DNA from: Octopus vulgaris
Taxonomy: Eukaryota
Direction: 5' to 3'
NCBI GenBank assembly: GCA_951406725.2
Contig: OX597816.1
Location: 100,130,001-100,194,000, forward strand
DNA length: 64,000 bases
Shown in pieces: positions 43,751 to 56,399 of this stretch. Within the stretch, counting starts at the first letter, position 1. The number at the start of each line of letters is the position of its first letter. The translations under genes and the position numbers were made by a program. Under the pieces are notes generated by a model that saw only the letters and a list, made by a program, of their open reading frames with translations, did no database searches and was not told the DNA's origin.

Positions 43751-46700
43751 AATAGTGATACCCTTTCAACTTTCTCACTGAGTTCTGTTTTGAAAGACCT
43801 CATTTGTTACTACTTCATTTTAAATTCATGTCAGCTAAACCCTTATTGTTTTGGAATTTTCTTGATATTATTAGCATATTTTATTGAATTATTTTAGATA
43901 TTTTTATTATAAGTGTTAATTAATCCTATCTGAAAGAATGTCTTTCAGACTACTATTTCATTGAAAAATCTTATATCAGGCTCTGTTGCATAGTTTTCAG
44001 TACTTGATGCTTCCAAAGTTTTCTTCAGATGAAAATCTATATTGTTTAGAAAAAGATATTACACTTTTAAACTACTATGTGAAAACTTGTTTCTTAACTA
44101 CTTGAAGGAAAAGATAATATTGTTTTGTTTTTTTATCAATACTACAAATAGTTTATTGTAAAAAAAACTGAAAATATCAGTAAATACTAATAATTGTTCC
44201 TACATATAGATGTTTAAATAACCCAAGCATTTTGATTGGAATTGCACAAGGGTTCTTTTAAGTTGTTTATTTCTATTTTAGTGGCTATGACAATTCAAGT
44301 AAGGTAACTCATTCCATAGACACATGCATTTGCATGCTCACTTTTAAATTCATGTAAATAAATACGACAGTCACAGAATCCAATGCAAACCTTAATAGTA
44401 CGTGTGCAGATACAGAGGAAAAATTTGACCATCTTCAAATGATTCCATTAAATGATTCAAGTGCAAATAAATATCAAGCCAATCATAAACCATGCACTGC
44501 CACAGGAAAACTTAATTCTGACAAGGTGAGGGGAACTTCCTTCTTGTCTGGTACAAAATTTTAGGGCTGCCACCTTAACATTAGTACAAAGAAATGAATG
44601 TCTGGAGGTATTGTAGAGGTGTGAGATAGGAGACAGTATATGTGTACTGTGTAGAAGCAGTAAGATGGAGTGAAGCATCAACCAGGCTCTTCACAAGCAA
44701 AGAACACAGGAACAAATACTTTTGAATAGGTGATAACTTTGGAGCAGGAGTAGCAAGGGTTATAGTACAGAAATGGATACAATAATTGAAGTAGAGAAAT
44801 GGGGAAAAGTAATTAAGCATAGAGTAGTCACAGGCAGCACAATGGTAATGAAGCACAATCAAGCAGAAAATATAATGGTGCTATGCTATTGAAAAGAGCA
44901 CTAAAAAAACTAGAAGACAGACTTGGAAAGAATGGTAAAAAGGGAAAAGAAAGGATCAGTACTAAATATCTTAGAGAAGTTAGGCATCAGGTATACTTGG
45001 TAAGGAGGAAAGCTGGAAGTAAGAAGTTTGCTTATGTTTTACAGTGTGAGAATAAAAAGTGTAAGGTGTTTAAATTGCAAAGCTGCAATGCTGGTGTGAA
45101 TCAGGACATTTTTTTTTTCAAAAAATGTGTCCAGTATGGTAACAACATAACTGACTTCACCAAGAAGAGAGATTCATAGAAATTCTACTTCAGAAGTTGC
45201 TGAAAGAGGAGTGTGTGTGTGTGAGAGACAGAGAGAGAGAGAGCAAGTGAGGGAGAAGAATTACCCTAAATGCTAGGATAACTCCCTTAAGGTACACAGC
45301 TTCTATTACCTGGGTTATCTAATCAATAATGGAGGTGGATATTGCAAAAGTATAGCAGTCAGAGAAAGAAGTGGATGTATAACACCAGTGAGCTAATATC
45401 ACATTTATTTACATTTAATAGACTCATGTATAATGCTTGTTACTATGTATGGCAATTAAATGCTTGAGAAAAATATGTTACATGTATAAATGCTGTAACT
45501 TTTCTTTAAAGTAATCTTTGAGAAATATGGTATAATAAAAAAAACGTGAAATCAGCATTAATGGTATGGGGAATGTAAAAAAATGACATACATTTTTTAT
45601 ATTACCAAAACAAATAATTAAATGCTTCAAAACAGGTGAACCATGCACTGTTGCATTTTTTATTTCTATTTATTTTTTTGAAAGTTTGTTTGAATTTCTA
45701 ATTTTGAGTATTGAGGATTCTGTGATAAGTATGACTGAATTTCATTATATACATTTGGTCGTTTTGATTTTGTTTAATTCATATTGAAAAATAGACATAT
45801 GTCTCCAGTTATAAATTACCTAACTTTCATTTTTTTTGTAATGGTTACTTTAAAAAAAAGATCAAATGTGTCTTGTTTTCGACAACACTAGCTTAATAAG
45901 TTAACTAAATGATTTTAATGATGGTGTTAAGGAATGAAAGAAGAAAAGCATTTTTTAATTATGCAATGTGTATATATAATGTAATATAAACTTAAAATTA
46001 TTTAAAATAAACAGAAATTTTTTAATGTAAATTTTATGTATATTAAATATTAAACAATATATATTGCTTGTGCTGCTTCTAATTCATATTTGAATTTAAC
46101 GATATATTGATCAGATGTTTACAGCTGGAATAACTTTGTGTTATTACCTTATTATACATGTTGGTTACTGAAAAACAAAATTTTAAGATGTATTTGTTCT
46201 TGTAGCAACATATGTACACAATCTGAAATATGTGGTAGTGTATAAACAGAAAATAAGTACACTTTGTCATTTTGTTGTTTCCATTTCACCATTTTTATCT
46301 TAATTATTTTGATTTGTTAGTAAAATAGTAAACAACAATGGTATGCTCATAAGATAGTATCACATAAGGTAAACAACCTTGAGTGATACAATGTTATGGG
46401 CACACTTATATGATTGGATCTTATGGCACATTTATGAGATATGACAAACATTTAATGAAGTGTCACTATCATTGAAAAATTTAACTGACAATCGATATAA
46501 GTTATGGTTAAGTACTTACATGTGGAAAAATAGTTAGCATTAAGTTATCATGTATATTATGCACCCATAATTTTTAGATTTAAAAATATGGTGGGGGGAT
46601 GTGAACATTATGTAGGAATAAATACAATACTTCTCTTAGTAACAAAGCATTTCTCTCTCATATATACAAAGTGTGATATTGCAAAACATCAAATGTAGAG

Positions 46701-48290
46701 CATTGGGAAGGGTTAGAAAAAAAAATGAAGCAAGCATAGTGAGAGAGAAAAAGAAGAAATGATTACATCCTGGTCAACATCAATCCCTTCAGTATTACTT
46801 TTGTCTTGCTTGTCCAAAACAGCAAGTTTTCATCAGTATAGCATGTTGCCTATTGTCATGGTCAGTTACCCTCCCCTATTGTATATTTTATACTAATATT
46901 CACCCATGCAGTCATATTCACATACATATCTATTTGCGTTTAAAAAACCTGAAAATAAAGCACCCTGTTGAGAGCAACTATAATTTAGCAGGTGGTATTA
47001 CATATTTATTAATGCTCTAAAAGACCATTTTTTTAAAGACAGTTTCTGATCTGCTTATCACAAGAATAATCACTTTGTTCTAGAAAAAAATTGCAAATTC
47101 ATTAACTTGTTTATTATTTGGAATAAACTTGCTAAAGAATCAACTACTGAAATTTTGAATACAAGGTTTATTGTATCTGAACTTATGTTGAATATTGATT
47201 ATAAATCAAAATTGTTTTTGATTTAAATAAATCTTTGGTTACAGATGTCACTTTTTATCTATCAAAATTTCAAAATATCAATCAATTAATGCTAAAACTG
47301 CCTTCTAGGTAAGTTAATTATTAATGAAAGAATGGTATATCTGTTGTTTCTGTTACGACTGTTGGATTTAAAGATTAAAACGTGTAGAGTTTATGGTGAC
47401 TGATGAAGAGCATGTTAATAATAAGACTGCTAATTTATTTGGTCATAAGAGTACTGAAGTCTCTGTTTCCATATATTTGGGATAATTCAGCATGATATAG
47501 TGTATCCTCTCTAAGTTCTACTTGAGTGAGTTTGTGTATTGAACTCAACTCTCCAGACTTTGTGTTACTTAGAACAGATAGTTTGATTAGCTGTTGAGTC
47601 AAATATAGCATTAGACCAGTTATAATACACAAACTAATGACCCTTCATCTGGTTGTCTAGTATTCTATGGCTTAACCATCTATGACATTCTGATATAACG
47701 ATGAAGAATAGTCCAAGACTATAGTGATGTAGCTACCAACATTGTCTTCCATTACTCTCTGCCATGACTGTTTATTCTTTTTTACTGGCTGTCAACACTG
47801 ATCCTCTCTTCTGTCACCTTCTTCACCATCCTGGTATCCAAAGCATTCTTCCATACTCCCACTCACTCTGGTTCACTCTCTGTTCCTTTCACTTTTGGTC
47901 ACATTTCTTTGAACAAATAGAGATACTGTAGAGCAAAGCGTTGTGCCATGATAAAATGCACCTATTACAATATTGGGTTGAGAGGGCCATCTAGTCTGAT
48001 TGAAGAGATAACTCTCTAGTTTTGCTTCCACAATAAAATGTACTCAATACATTCTGGAAGTGTCAGGAATAGCATTATGCTATAGAAACTATGCATAAAT
48101 GAAACATACAAACGTGTTTGGACCTTCCAACCATCTAGAAGCATAGATTTGAGAAGGTGAATAGTCACCATAGCAACATTGATGTAAGCAGGAATGGTTT
48201 TCCTGTCAGTGAAAAGTAAGTTTCATAAGATTAGATTGAAGTATAATCCATAATAAAAGTTTCATAGATATCGATTACAGCACATTATTT

Positions 48291-48521
48291 ACATTATTTA
48301 CAATTGACAGATATTAGTCCTCGTCTTGTTTGTTATTCACACAACGTTTCTGCTGATATACCCTCCAGTCTTCATCAGGTGTCTTGGGAAAATTTCAAAC
48401 CTGGGTTCTCATTCCTAAGATATTTTTCGATGTTATTATTATTATTCAGGTCACTGACTGGAATCAAACTCAGAATCTTGGGGTTAGTAGCCCACACTCT
48501 TAACCACTATGCCATATGCCC
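48291..48521 (-). mobile_element. tRNA-headed SINE-like element carrying a hammerhead motif
   Basis: Minus: GGGCATATGGCATAGTGGTTAAGAG..GAGTTTGATTCC..GACCTG (A box/B box, 48447-48521), (AAT)n, body with hammerhead (48338-48383), tail GTAAATAATGTAAATAATGT. Confidence 0.75.
48338..48383 (-). ncRNA. Minimal type-I hammerhead motif (core intact, stem II partly decayed)
   Basis: GACAC-CTGATGA-A-GACTGG-AGGGTATA-TCAGCA-GAAA-C-GTT-GTGT; palindromic AACGTT stem III. Confidence 0.7.
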
Positions 48522-48576
48522 GTGGGCAATTATGGAGTGAATTTTAGGGCTTATAAATCTAATATTCTCCTACCCT

Positions 48577-48709
48577 TCCTTAATACCTGTTCCCATATGC
48601 TTGTTCATATCTGCACTTGGTCTGCTTAGGAGGTTGTTGTGTCCTTAATACCTGTTCCCATATGCTTGTTCATATCTGCACTTGGTCTGCTTAGGAGATT
48701 GTTGTGTCC
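48577..48709. repeat. 65-bp tandem duplication
   Basis: 48577-48641 and 48642-48706 are identical except for one base (aggtt/agatt). Confidence 0.95.
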
Positions 48710-48712
48710 ATG

Positions 48713-48893
48713 CAGTGATCTGAATAATAATAATAATAATAATAACAACAATATCAAAAAATACCTTAGGAATGAGAACCCAGGTTCGAAATTTCCCCAA
48801 GACACCTGATGAAGGCTGGAGGGTATATCAGCTGATGCGTTGTGTTAACAACAACCAAGATGAGGACAAATATCCGTCAATTGTAAATAATGT
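48713..48893 (+). mobile_element. Inverted, head-truncated second copy of the hammerhead element
   Basis: Reverse complement of 48291-48456; hammerhead at 48801-48846 ACAC-CTGATGA-A-GGCTGG..TCAGCT-GATGC-GTT-GTGT (GAAAC decayed). Confidence 0.8.
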
Positions 48894-49898
48894 ACATAAT
48901 TCCTCATCTCGTAAATATAGAACTGTATTATGCTACAGTCTTTGTTTCAACATGGTTTTTGTAACTAGATTATGGAAAATATATAACTTGGGGGTTTTCC
49001 AGGATCTATACTAGTCATTTTCTTTTAATCTTGCTATAGACAAATGCCATCTTGTTTAAACTTGAAAAAAGAGAATGCATGTTCTACTTTAAAGTTAAAA
49101 TTTCGTGTAGCACATGTGAAGATATACTCTGTTTAGAACTTTCAGTTATGTATTATTATTTCTGTATTATATGCCTCTTGTTGAACTATTTGCTATATAT
49201 TAACTCTCATCTTTGTTGATTACCTCATAACGGTATAGTTTCCTTCTTGCTTAATATTTTGTTTACGAATAATATTAAATGACCTGAAGATATTTTCAAC
49301 ACTTATTTTATATCTATTTTAGAAAGAGATTTCATTTATATATTCAATCTTTTTCCTCTGCTAGCTTTCTTTTCTAATTTATTTTAAACTTTTCCCTAAA
49401 TATTATTCTTTTGTTTGAAATGCTTAACAATGAGAAACATAGTCTAAAAAAATTTGATGATTCCATACTTTTCTGAAGTAAGAACATATGTTTTACTTTA
49501 TTTTTTGTAACATTTAAATGTAAGCTATCTACCTTATTTAAATTGACAATTTATATTTCTGAGTGTTTCTTTTTCTTTAAAACTAGCAATTTCCATTGAT
49601 GCAAAAATGCTTTCACATTCAAGAATTATTTCATTACATGGATTTGTTTTGTTTCCAAGTTAAATTAAAACCAAATAACCAAGAATTTCTTTCTTACTGC
49701 TATTTGGGTTGGGGATTAAAAAAGAACATCAATTGCATTTATTTTACCTCTTTTGTGAACAACCATACAATCAACACATTCATATAAACTGTAACGATGT
49801 GACTTATTTATCAAATTGTTTTCACTTTTGAGTCAATTTGATCAGTTATTTATTTTGTTGGATTTTATTCATTGGTAGTTTTTTTTTTGTAATTTCAA

Positions 49899-50195
49899 CA
49901 TCAGCACCAGCAGCAGCATCGTTTAACGTCTGTTTTCCATGCTGGCATGGGTTGGATGGTTTGACTGAGGTCTGGAGAGCCAGTGGCTGCACTAGACTCC
50001 AATCTGATGCAACGTTTCTACAGCTGGATGCTCTTCCTAATGCCAGTCACTCCACAGTGTAGTAGGTGCTTTTTACATGCCACTGGCACAGGAACCAGTC
50101 AGATAGTCCGGGCATCAATCCTGTTTGGATAGTGATTTTAACGTGCCACTGGCATGAGAGTCAGTCAGGACATGGGAGCCAGTCAGGCACAGGAG
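49899..50195 (-). mobile_element. RTE 3' UTR fragment
   Basis: catcgtttaacgtctgttttccatgctggcatgggttgga.. as at 10570; tail drifted to (CAG)n. Confidence 0.85.
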
Positions 50196-50541
50196 TATGT
50201 TGTAATTCTGCAATTCTCTTGGATTCTCTTAGTTGGTTCAAATAAACATTTTATATTTGTGGTCAATCTTCCCATTTTAAATTAGTGTTAGGACTGTAAA
50301 AAACAATGTATGAAGTCACAGCAATGCTTACTTTCTAACAGCAAGTTAATTTGATACAGAAAAGGCAAGCCACTGCCTGAGTTTCTAAAAAATTTACTTA
50401 TATATAAGCATCTTTCAAAGCTGAACAAAATTTAGCAATGATAATTTTTTATTACACTGGTCAAATTTCATGCAGGTAAAAGATTATTCATTAGATTGAT
50501 CACAATATGTATATAATAATTATAATAATGATGATGATGAT

Positions 50542-51075
50542 GAAACTATTGCCTATATTGTAAACGAATATCCTAGATTTGCCCAAAGCCTGTATAAATT
50601 GTGGTGACATGATGAGGCAGCAAAAGTTCTGCATTAGAAACTGTGTGAAAAACAAAGGTTAGAGAGAAGTATGACCACAAACCACAGAAAGTGACTGAGT
50701 TGGAGACATTCAAAATCCTGTGGGATTTCCTAATTTAAATGGACCAGCTGCTTGAGCACAACAAACTGGATCTAGTAGTGGTGAACAAAGTAAACCACTT
50801 GTGCTCTATAATTGATATTGCATGCCCATTTGACCCACAGACAATTAAAATGGAAGGTGTGAAAGTATATGTAGAGTCCTCTTAAATACAAGACAGGCCA
50901 ACTGTGGAAGATGAAAAAGGGAAGATAGTGCCAATTATTGTTGAGGCTGTGGAGACAGTATCAAAAAATATCGAGAGAAACATAAAGAAAATAGGAATAG
51001 AGTATTTGATAGAGCTGTTGCAAAATGTTTTGCTTCTTGGCACAGCCAGAATCATCAGGAAAGTATTAGATAATT
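50542..51075 (+). mobile_element. R4/Dong-like non-LTR element 3' fragment (restriction-like endonuclease region), decayed
   Basis: ETIAYIV..HDEAAKVLH..KILWDF..HNKLDLVVV (cf. HNRPDIVV)..IIDIACPFD..IVPIIV..LLQNVLLLGTARIIRKVLD; preceded by (TAA)/(TGA) repeats. Confidence 0.8.
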
Positions 51076-51923
51076 GGAGAGAACAAATAGAATGAGGTGT
51101 GTGTCTGTGTGTATGTATATGTATGAAGATATATATCTGTCAGTATCACTCACTTTCTCTCCCTTTCTCTCTATACATACACAAGTACATATGCTGCTAT
51201 CTGTAACATATCTTCCTGGGCTATAATCCACTTTTGGCCTGTTAATTGTAAATTTTCAGTCTGGCTAGGATCCTTAATTAGAAAAATCTTTATTGACCCA
51301 CATAAATGCCTTCTGTTTTTCTTTTTCGCTTTCATTATATCTTAATTCACTTCTGAGAGGAGTTTCTCCCCTTCAAACTCTTGACATCTTTTCCTTGCAC
51401 TTCACTTTGAGTGATACACAAGCATTCAACTGTGATTGCATTGCATCTTATAGCAGAAACAACTGTAGCCTAATGAATAATTTTTTATTTCCTAATTTTA
51501 ATTTCTTATTACTACTTTGTATTCAATTGACACTTAGCTCTGAAACATATGTATATTGAGTTCTAACTCTAGATTTTGCTATGCTTAAGCAAAATAATAA
51601 TTTACATATATGCATATACTGGGTGTGGCATATATTTACCCACTACATAAACATGAATTTACCCATTATACATATATCAATTGAAACATTCTTATTCGCA
51701 AAATAGTTGCAAATGTTGTATAATTCTTTCTAAGATTCTTTTTTGTTTACTTAATTCAGTATGACAGCTCAAACAAAATGTGAACAATTTTTAGCATTGA
51801 AAGTTGTGGGTATAAAAAGTTATGAGGTGAACATGGCTGGTCTAAGGAATTAAGGGCTATAGTAAAAACGAAGGATGGCCATTTTGAATTATACATATAA
51901 GTAAAATATTTTATCTTTTATAT

Positions 51924-52465
51924 AATAATAATAATAATGAAATTATTGTATACAGTGCTCAGGTGCACCACAACTTGTCAGAAAGTGCATATAAAGTACA
52001 TGCAGTAATGTACAAATGTCTGGAAAGCGAACAATGTATGAGTCAGATACATGCTTGTGTGTGTATGGAGGAGAGAAAATCAGGTGTAGTGTTGGCGAAT
52101 CTCAGAAAGCATGGAAGGTTTGAAGGATGCAGTGCTCTGACAACTAACAACTGATGCCGGCAGTTTGTTCCATGCTTCAGCAACTCTCAGCATGAAAAAA
52201 TGTTTCCTGAAGTCATGGGAGCTGTGCTGTTTTCTGACTTTGTAAATATGTCCACGGATGTTAGATGGGTGGAGTTTGAAAAGGTGCTCAGAGTTATTGT
52301 TTGTACGATGGTTGATAATTTTATGGGTGTCTGCCAAGTCAGCTGCCAGACGTCGGAGTTTCAATGTGTCCATGCCCAGGGAAGTATATGGCAAATGCCT
52401 GATGGAGGGTATTATTTTGGTTGCACATCGCTGAACGGCTTCCAGACGATTGATATCCAAGTTGA
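51924..52465 (-). mobile_element. CR1-clade LINE 3' end with a (TTA)n tail
   Basis: DINRLEAVQRCATKIIPSIRHLPY..LKLRRL..RGHIYKV..RKHFFMLRVAEAWNKLPASVV; stop at 52080; (TAA)n on + at about 51924-51937. Confidence 0.9.
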
Positions 52466-52644
52466 AGACACTTGCCCAAGTTACCATGCAGTGGGACTAA
52501 ACCCGGAACCATGTGGTGATGATTTTACAAAAGAAGTTGCAACAATCAAACAACTGATAGTATTTTGAGACTGATTGACCCAATGGTGTTGTTGATTATT
52601 GTATATAGGTGGCTTATGGGTGATTGTGCATAAGTGCATGGCTG

Positions 52645-53335
52645 GATTTATCTTTCACTTGTTTCAATTATTATACTGTATTCATGCTGGGATACTACCT
52701 TGAAGAATTTTAGTCAAACAAATTTACTCCAGTATCTTTTTTTAAACCTGCTGAACCACTATGTTATGGGGATATAAACACACTAGCACTGGTTGTTAAG
52801 AGGTAATGGGGTCAAATATAAACCCCATTATGTGCATATAATGCACACAAACACACACATATATATATATATACAACTGGCTTCCGTACCCGTGGCACAT
52901 ACAAGGGCACCATTCAAGCGTGATCGTTACCAACGTCGCTTCACTGGCACATGTAAAAAGATTTGAGCAAGGTCATTGCCAATACCACCCGACTGGCCCC
53001 CGTGCCAGTGGCACGTAAAAAGCACCCACTACACCCTTGGAGTGGTTGGCGTTAGTAAGGGCATCCAGCTGTAGAAACTCTGCCAGATCAAGATTGGAGC
53101 TTGGTGCAGCCATCTGGCTCGCCAGCCCTCAGTCAAAATCGTCCAACCCATGCTAGCATGGAAAGCGGACATTGAACAATGATGATGAAAAGGCTTCTTT
53201 CAGTTTCTGTCTACTAAATCCACTAAAAAGGTTTTATTAAGTCCACAGCTATAGTAGGGTACTATGCAGTGGGATTGAACCCAGAGTCATGTGGTTAGGA
53301 AGCAAACTTCTTACCACAAAGCCAAGCCTGCACTT
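52645..53335 (-). mobile_element. tRNA-derived SINE interrupted by an RTE-type 3' end
   Basis: Head on minus at 53335-53192 (ggctttgtggtaagaagtttgcttcctaaccacatgactctgggttcaatccc), resuming below 52884; a second head remnant lies at about 52465-52520. Confidence 0.7.
52885..53188 (+). mobile_element. RTE-type 3' UTR/tail insertion
   Basis: gtggcacgtaaaaagcaccc..gtccaacccatgctagcatggaaagcggac..gatgatgatg. Confidence 0.85.
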
Positions 53336-53378
53336 AGAAGCTGTAAACTTTCATTAATCAAAACCTAAAAATATATAA

Positions 53379-54923
53379 TCTCTCTATATATAAAACTGAG
53401 AATGTCTGTCTGTCTGTCTGTGTGTTTCCCTAAAACTTGAGAACTACACAACCAATTTCATTCAAATTTTACACATGCCTTACTTAGTTCAACTTCTTGC
53501 CTAGGGCGAACCCATAGCAATATCATATCTTCTCCACTATTTCAGTATTACGTGTTAAACATTTCTCTATTTTATGTCAGATACTTTCACTTTAACAATA
53601 AAAATTAGAGATAATAATAACAGTTGAATTATATGTAGTAAGTAATAATTAAAATCAAACTAAAGTATAATATAATCGTAACATAACAAAAGTAAAAATA
53701 GTAATTGGTATAAAATTGCATCAATGACTTGAACTTGAATCAGTGGTTTCACATGAATGGGAATAAATTAGAAATAAAATTAGCGTGCAGAAATGGAATA
53801 GTTCAGATGGAGGTGTGCACATACAGTTTACTACGGCTTCTACATTAGATTATCTGCTAATTAGCTAGCATTAAGTATCTATATGAAGTTTGGCTGTATG
53901 TAATGTCTGTTTTCTCGAACAGCCGCTTCTACTGAGTACTGCTGTTGCTTTATTTCTTATACATAAAGGACTATAGCTTCAACTGCGTACTGCCTTTTGA
54001 TTCACCGTAAGGTTTGTTGTTATTATTATTACTGTTAAACTATTGTTATCACGTTTGTTGGTTCCTCGTAAGGGAAACGTTGTTGTGTTGCATTTGTTAA
54101 ATAATTGTAAACTATAACCCTCCCCCTTTGGGAGAAGGAGCTTTGGTTATTGTTTAAAAATTGAATTGTGGCCCTGTTTGGGGAAATTGACAACATTTTC
54201 ACTGTTTACACGGAAGCATTTTTGTTAGAATGCCTTCGATAGAGGAAAGTCTAAAAATGAATTTCGCTGCAGCCGTCGGCGAGCGCGAACTCATTAAAAT
54301 TAAAATGGAAAAAATACAAACCTATTTCAGATTGATCACTGACAAAGACGGTGAATCTAGGATAACACCACCAAATGAAATAAAAAATTAAATTAAAGAA
54401 AAGACTATTGTCTATAAAGTATATAATGTAGAGAAAAAAAAGATTTGAACACCTGGAGGAAAGCACCATTGAAAAGTGTCTTGGTGCGACTATGAAAGTT
54501 ATCTAACTAGAGGCGGTAAATTCGCCACAATAGAAGCAAGGTTCAAGTCAATGGAGCGTGCAAGGGAGTACTCGACTCGAACCTTGCAAAGTGGAAATAT
54601 TTTATTTTTACCTTTATATCTGGGACGTAGGACGTCCTGGATAAAAATTAAAAATGTCCCCCCAGAAGTAGAGGTAGGCTGGATTGTAGCCACACTTCTA
54701 TACAAGAGGGAGGACAAGATACAATTGATCGAAATTGCAAGAGACGGGCCTACAATTCCAGTCTGTTATATATTTTGAGTATTGTTATCACTAGCGATAT
54801 CAAGATATAACTTTATATTTTGTATTTTATGTGTAGATGTATATATGTAGATGTACATGTAATATGTACACATATGTACATGCTCTAGCACTATGACCCG
54901 GCAATGACGGGTCATAATGCTAG
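53379..54923 (+). mobile_element. Complete non-autonomous Helitron with internal cargo
   Basis: 5' A|TCTCTCTATATATAAAA + (GTCT)n; 3' hairpin TATGACCCG-GCAATGA-CGGGTCATA (54892-54916) and CTAG|T (54920-54924); A/T insertion site with no TSD. Confidence 0.75.
53870..54750 (+). mobile_element. L1/Tx1-like 5' UTR and ORF1 (RRM-like) fragment inside the Helitron
   Basis: YLTRGGKFATIEARFKS..LFLPLYLGRRTSWIKIKNVPPEVEVGWIVATL resembles the (I/V)xIxNVPxE RRM motif of L1/Tx1 ORF1; family assignment tentative. Confidence 0.45.
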
Positions 54924-55419
54924 TCTATAATAAAATGAATAATGGGCAAGTACATATACTGCACCTAATATGTATGTATGTATATATATATATATACACA
55001 CACACATATATATATTGTGTACAGATTTTATGTATTAAGAAAAAGTAAGTAGTCAGAATTCTTGATAATTATATATTTAGCTCTTTCATTTCATTGCAGA
55101 GATTCATCAGGAATGAATTTTTTTACAGAAACTTATACATTTTATATATATGTGAGTTAGTTGATAGCATTTGAATTTCAATTGGGAAGAGAATGTTCTT
55201 TGCAATTTTGAAACTATATATGTGTGTCTGTATGTGTGTGTGGTGAACTTTTGGAGGCTTGGTTAGAGGAAGGAAGAAAGCATTACTTTTGAGACAGTAC
55301 TTCTTGATACACCAAACATTTTAGCGGTTTTCATTATGCTAGCACCTGCCATATGAGCACCAATAATTTTACCTCTCTGAAAATCCAATAGATCAGTCAT
55401 TTTAATAAATTTTAATTAC

Positions 55420-55718
55420 CTTTTTCTGATGATATCTGAAAAGAAGCAACAATTTTAGCATAACATATTTAGCAAAGCATATTACATCAAAAGATATAAA
55501 AATAAATAAGCTTTTGATGGTTTTATAGATATTTCAAAATTATGATGCTCTGTACATTATATAATATATCCGGGGATCTGGGAAGCCAGAAGCCTGGTGC
55601 AGCCTTCTGGCTTCCCAGATCCCCGGTCGAACTGTTCAACCCATGCTAGCATGGAGAACGGACGTTAAACGATGATGATGATGATGTTAGGTGTTTCCAT
55701 TATTTTGTCCAATCCCTG
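55420..55718. mobile_element. Second Tc1-like terminus, interrupted by an RTE-type tail (55570-55686)
   Basis: Homologous to 39065-39236; ends ggtgtttccattattttgtccaatccctg|TA. Confidence 0.75.
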
Positions 55719-55739
55719 TATCTATCAATCTAGGGCAGG

Positions 55740-56090
55740 TAAAATTCCCGAGATCCATAGATGAGTTCTCTCCAGCTGCCTTTGTCCGTCATCATCACTG
55801 CTGTGTCCTGTGTCAACTAGAGATTTGTGTTTCTCCTTGGGCATTAACATATGTCACCCTCGAACCCCCCTTTCTAGTGAGTCTGTGTAGGTGCTCCCAC
55901 AGGAGCACAGAGTGCAGTATCAACTCTGAATGGCGGTGAGCATGTCCTGCTAACCTCAGTCTTTTCTGTGTTACTTTTGAGCTAACTCTTGGGAGGCTCT
56001 TGTACAGCTCTGAGTTCTCCATCCTCAGTGTATACTGATTAATCTTCAGAGCTATCCTCAGCATTCTCATGAAGCCCCCATCTATTTGTT
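55740..56090 (-). mobile_element. RTE-group LINE C-terminal fragment (third family)
   Basis: MRMLRIALKI..NSELYKSLPRVSSKVTQKRLRLAGHAHRHSE..VLLWE..GGSRVTYV. Confidence 0.8.
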
Positions 56091-56335
56091 GCTACAAATA
56101 CATCTTGCTATGCTATTTTGAATTTTCCTTTTGATGTATGGAGATTGGGTAGAGGAGAAGTTCAAATATTTATGTGTGTCTGTGTTATTTGTAATATATA
56201 TATCTATGATATATTATTGTAGTAAGAAACTCTAGGGAAAGTTGAACAGCTAAAGTTCCTCGGAGAAGAAGACTCCTCATGCAAGTGTTTCAACCCTTAA
56301 CAACTATAATAATTATATTTATTATGCATAATATG

Positions 56336-56387
<52 letters not shown>

Positions 56388-56399
56388 TATATATATAAT

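Noticed and set aside
48447-48521. Possible tRNA gene (ACT anticodon loop)
   Set aside because: Acceptor and anticodon stems pair poorly, the B box is mutated, and it runs into (AAT)n and a repeat body; treated as a tRNA-derived head.
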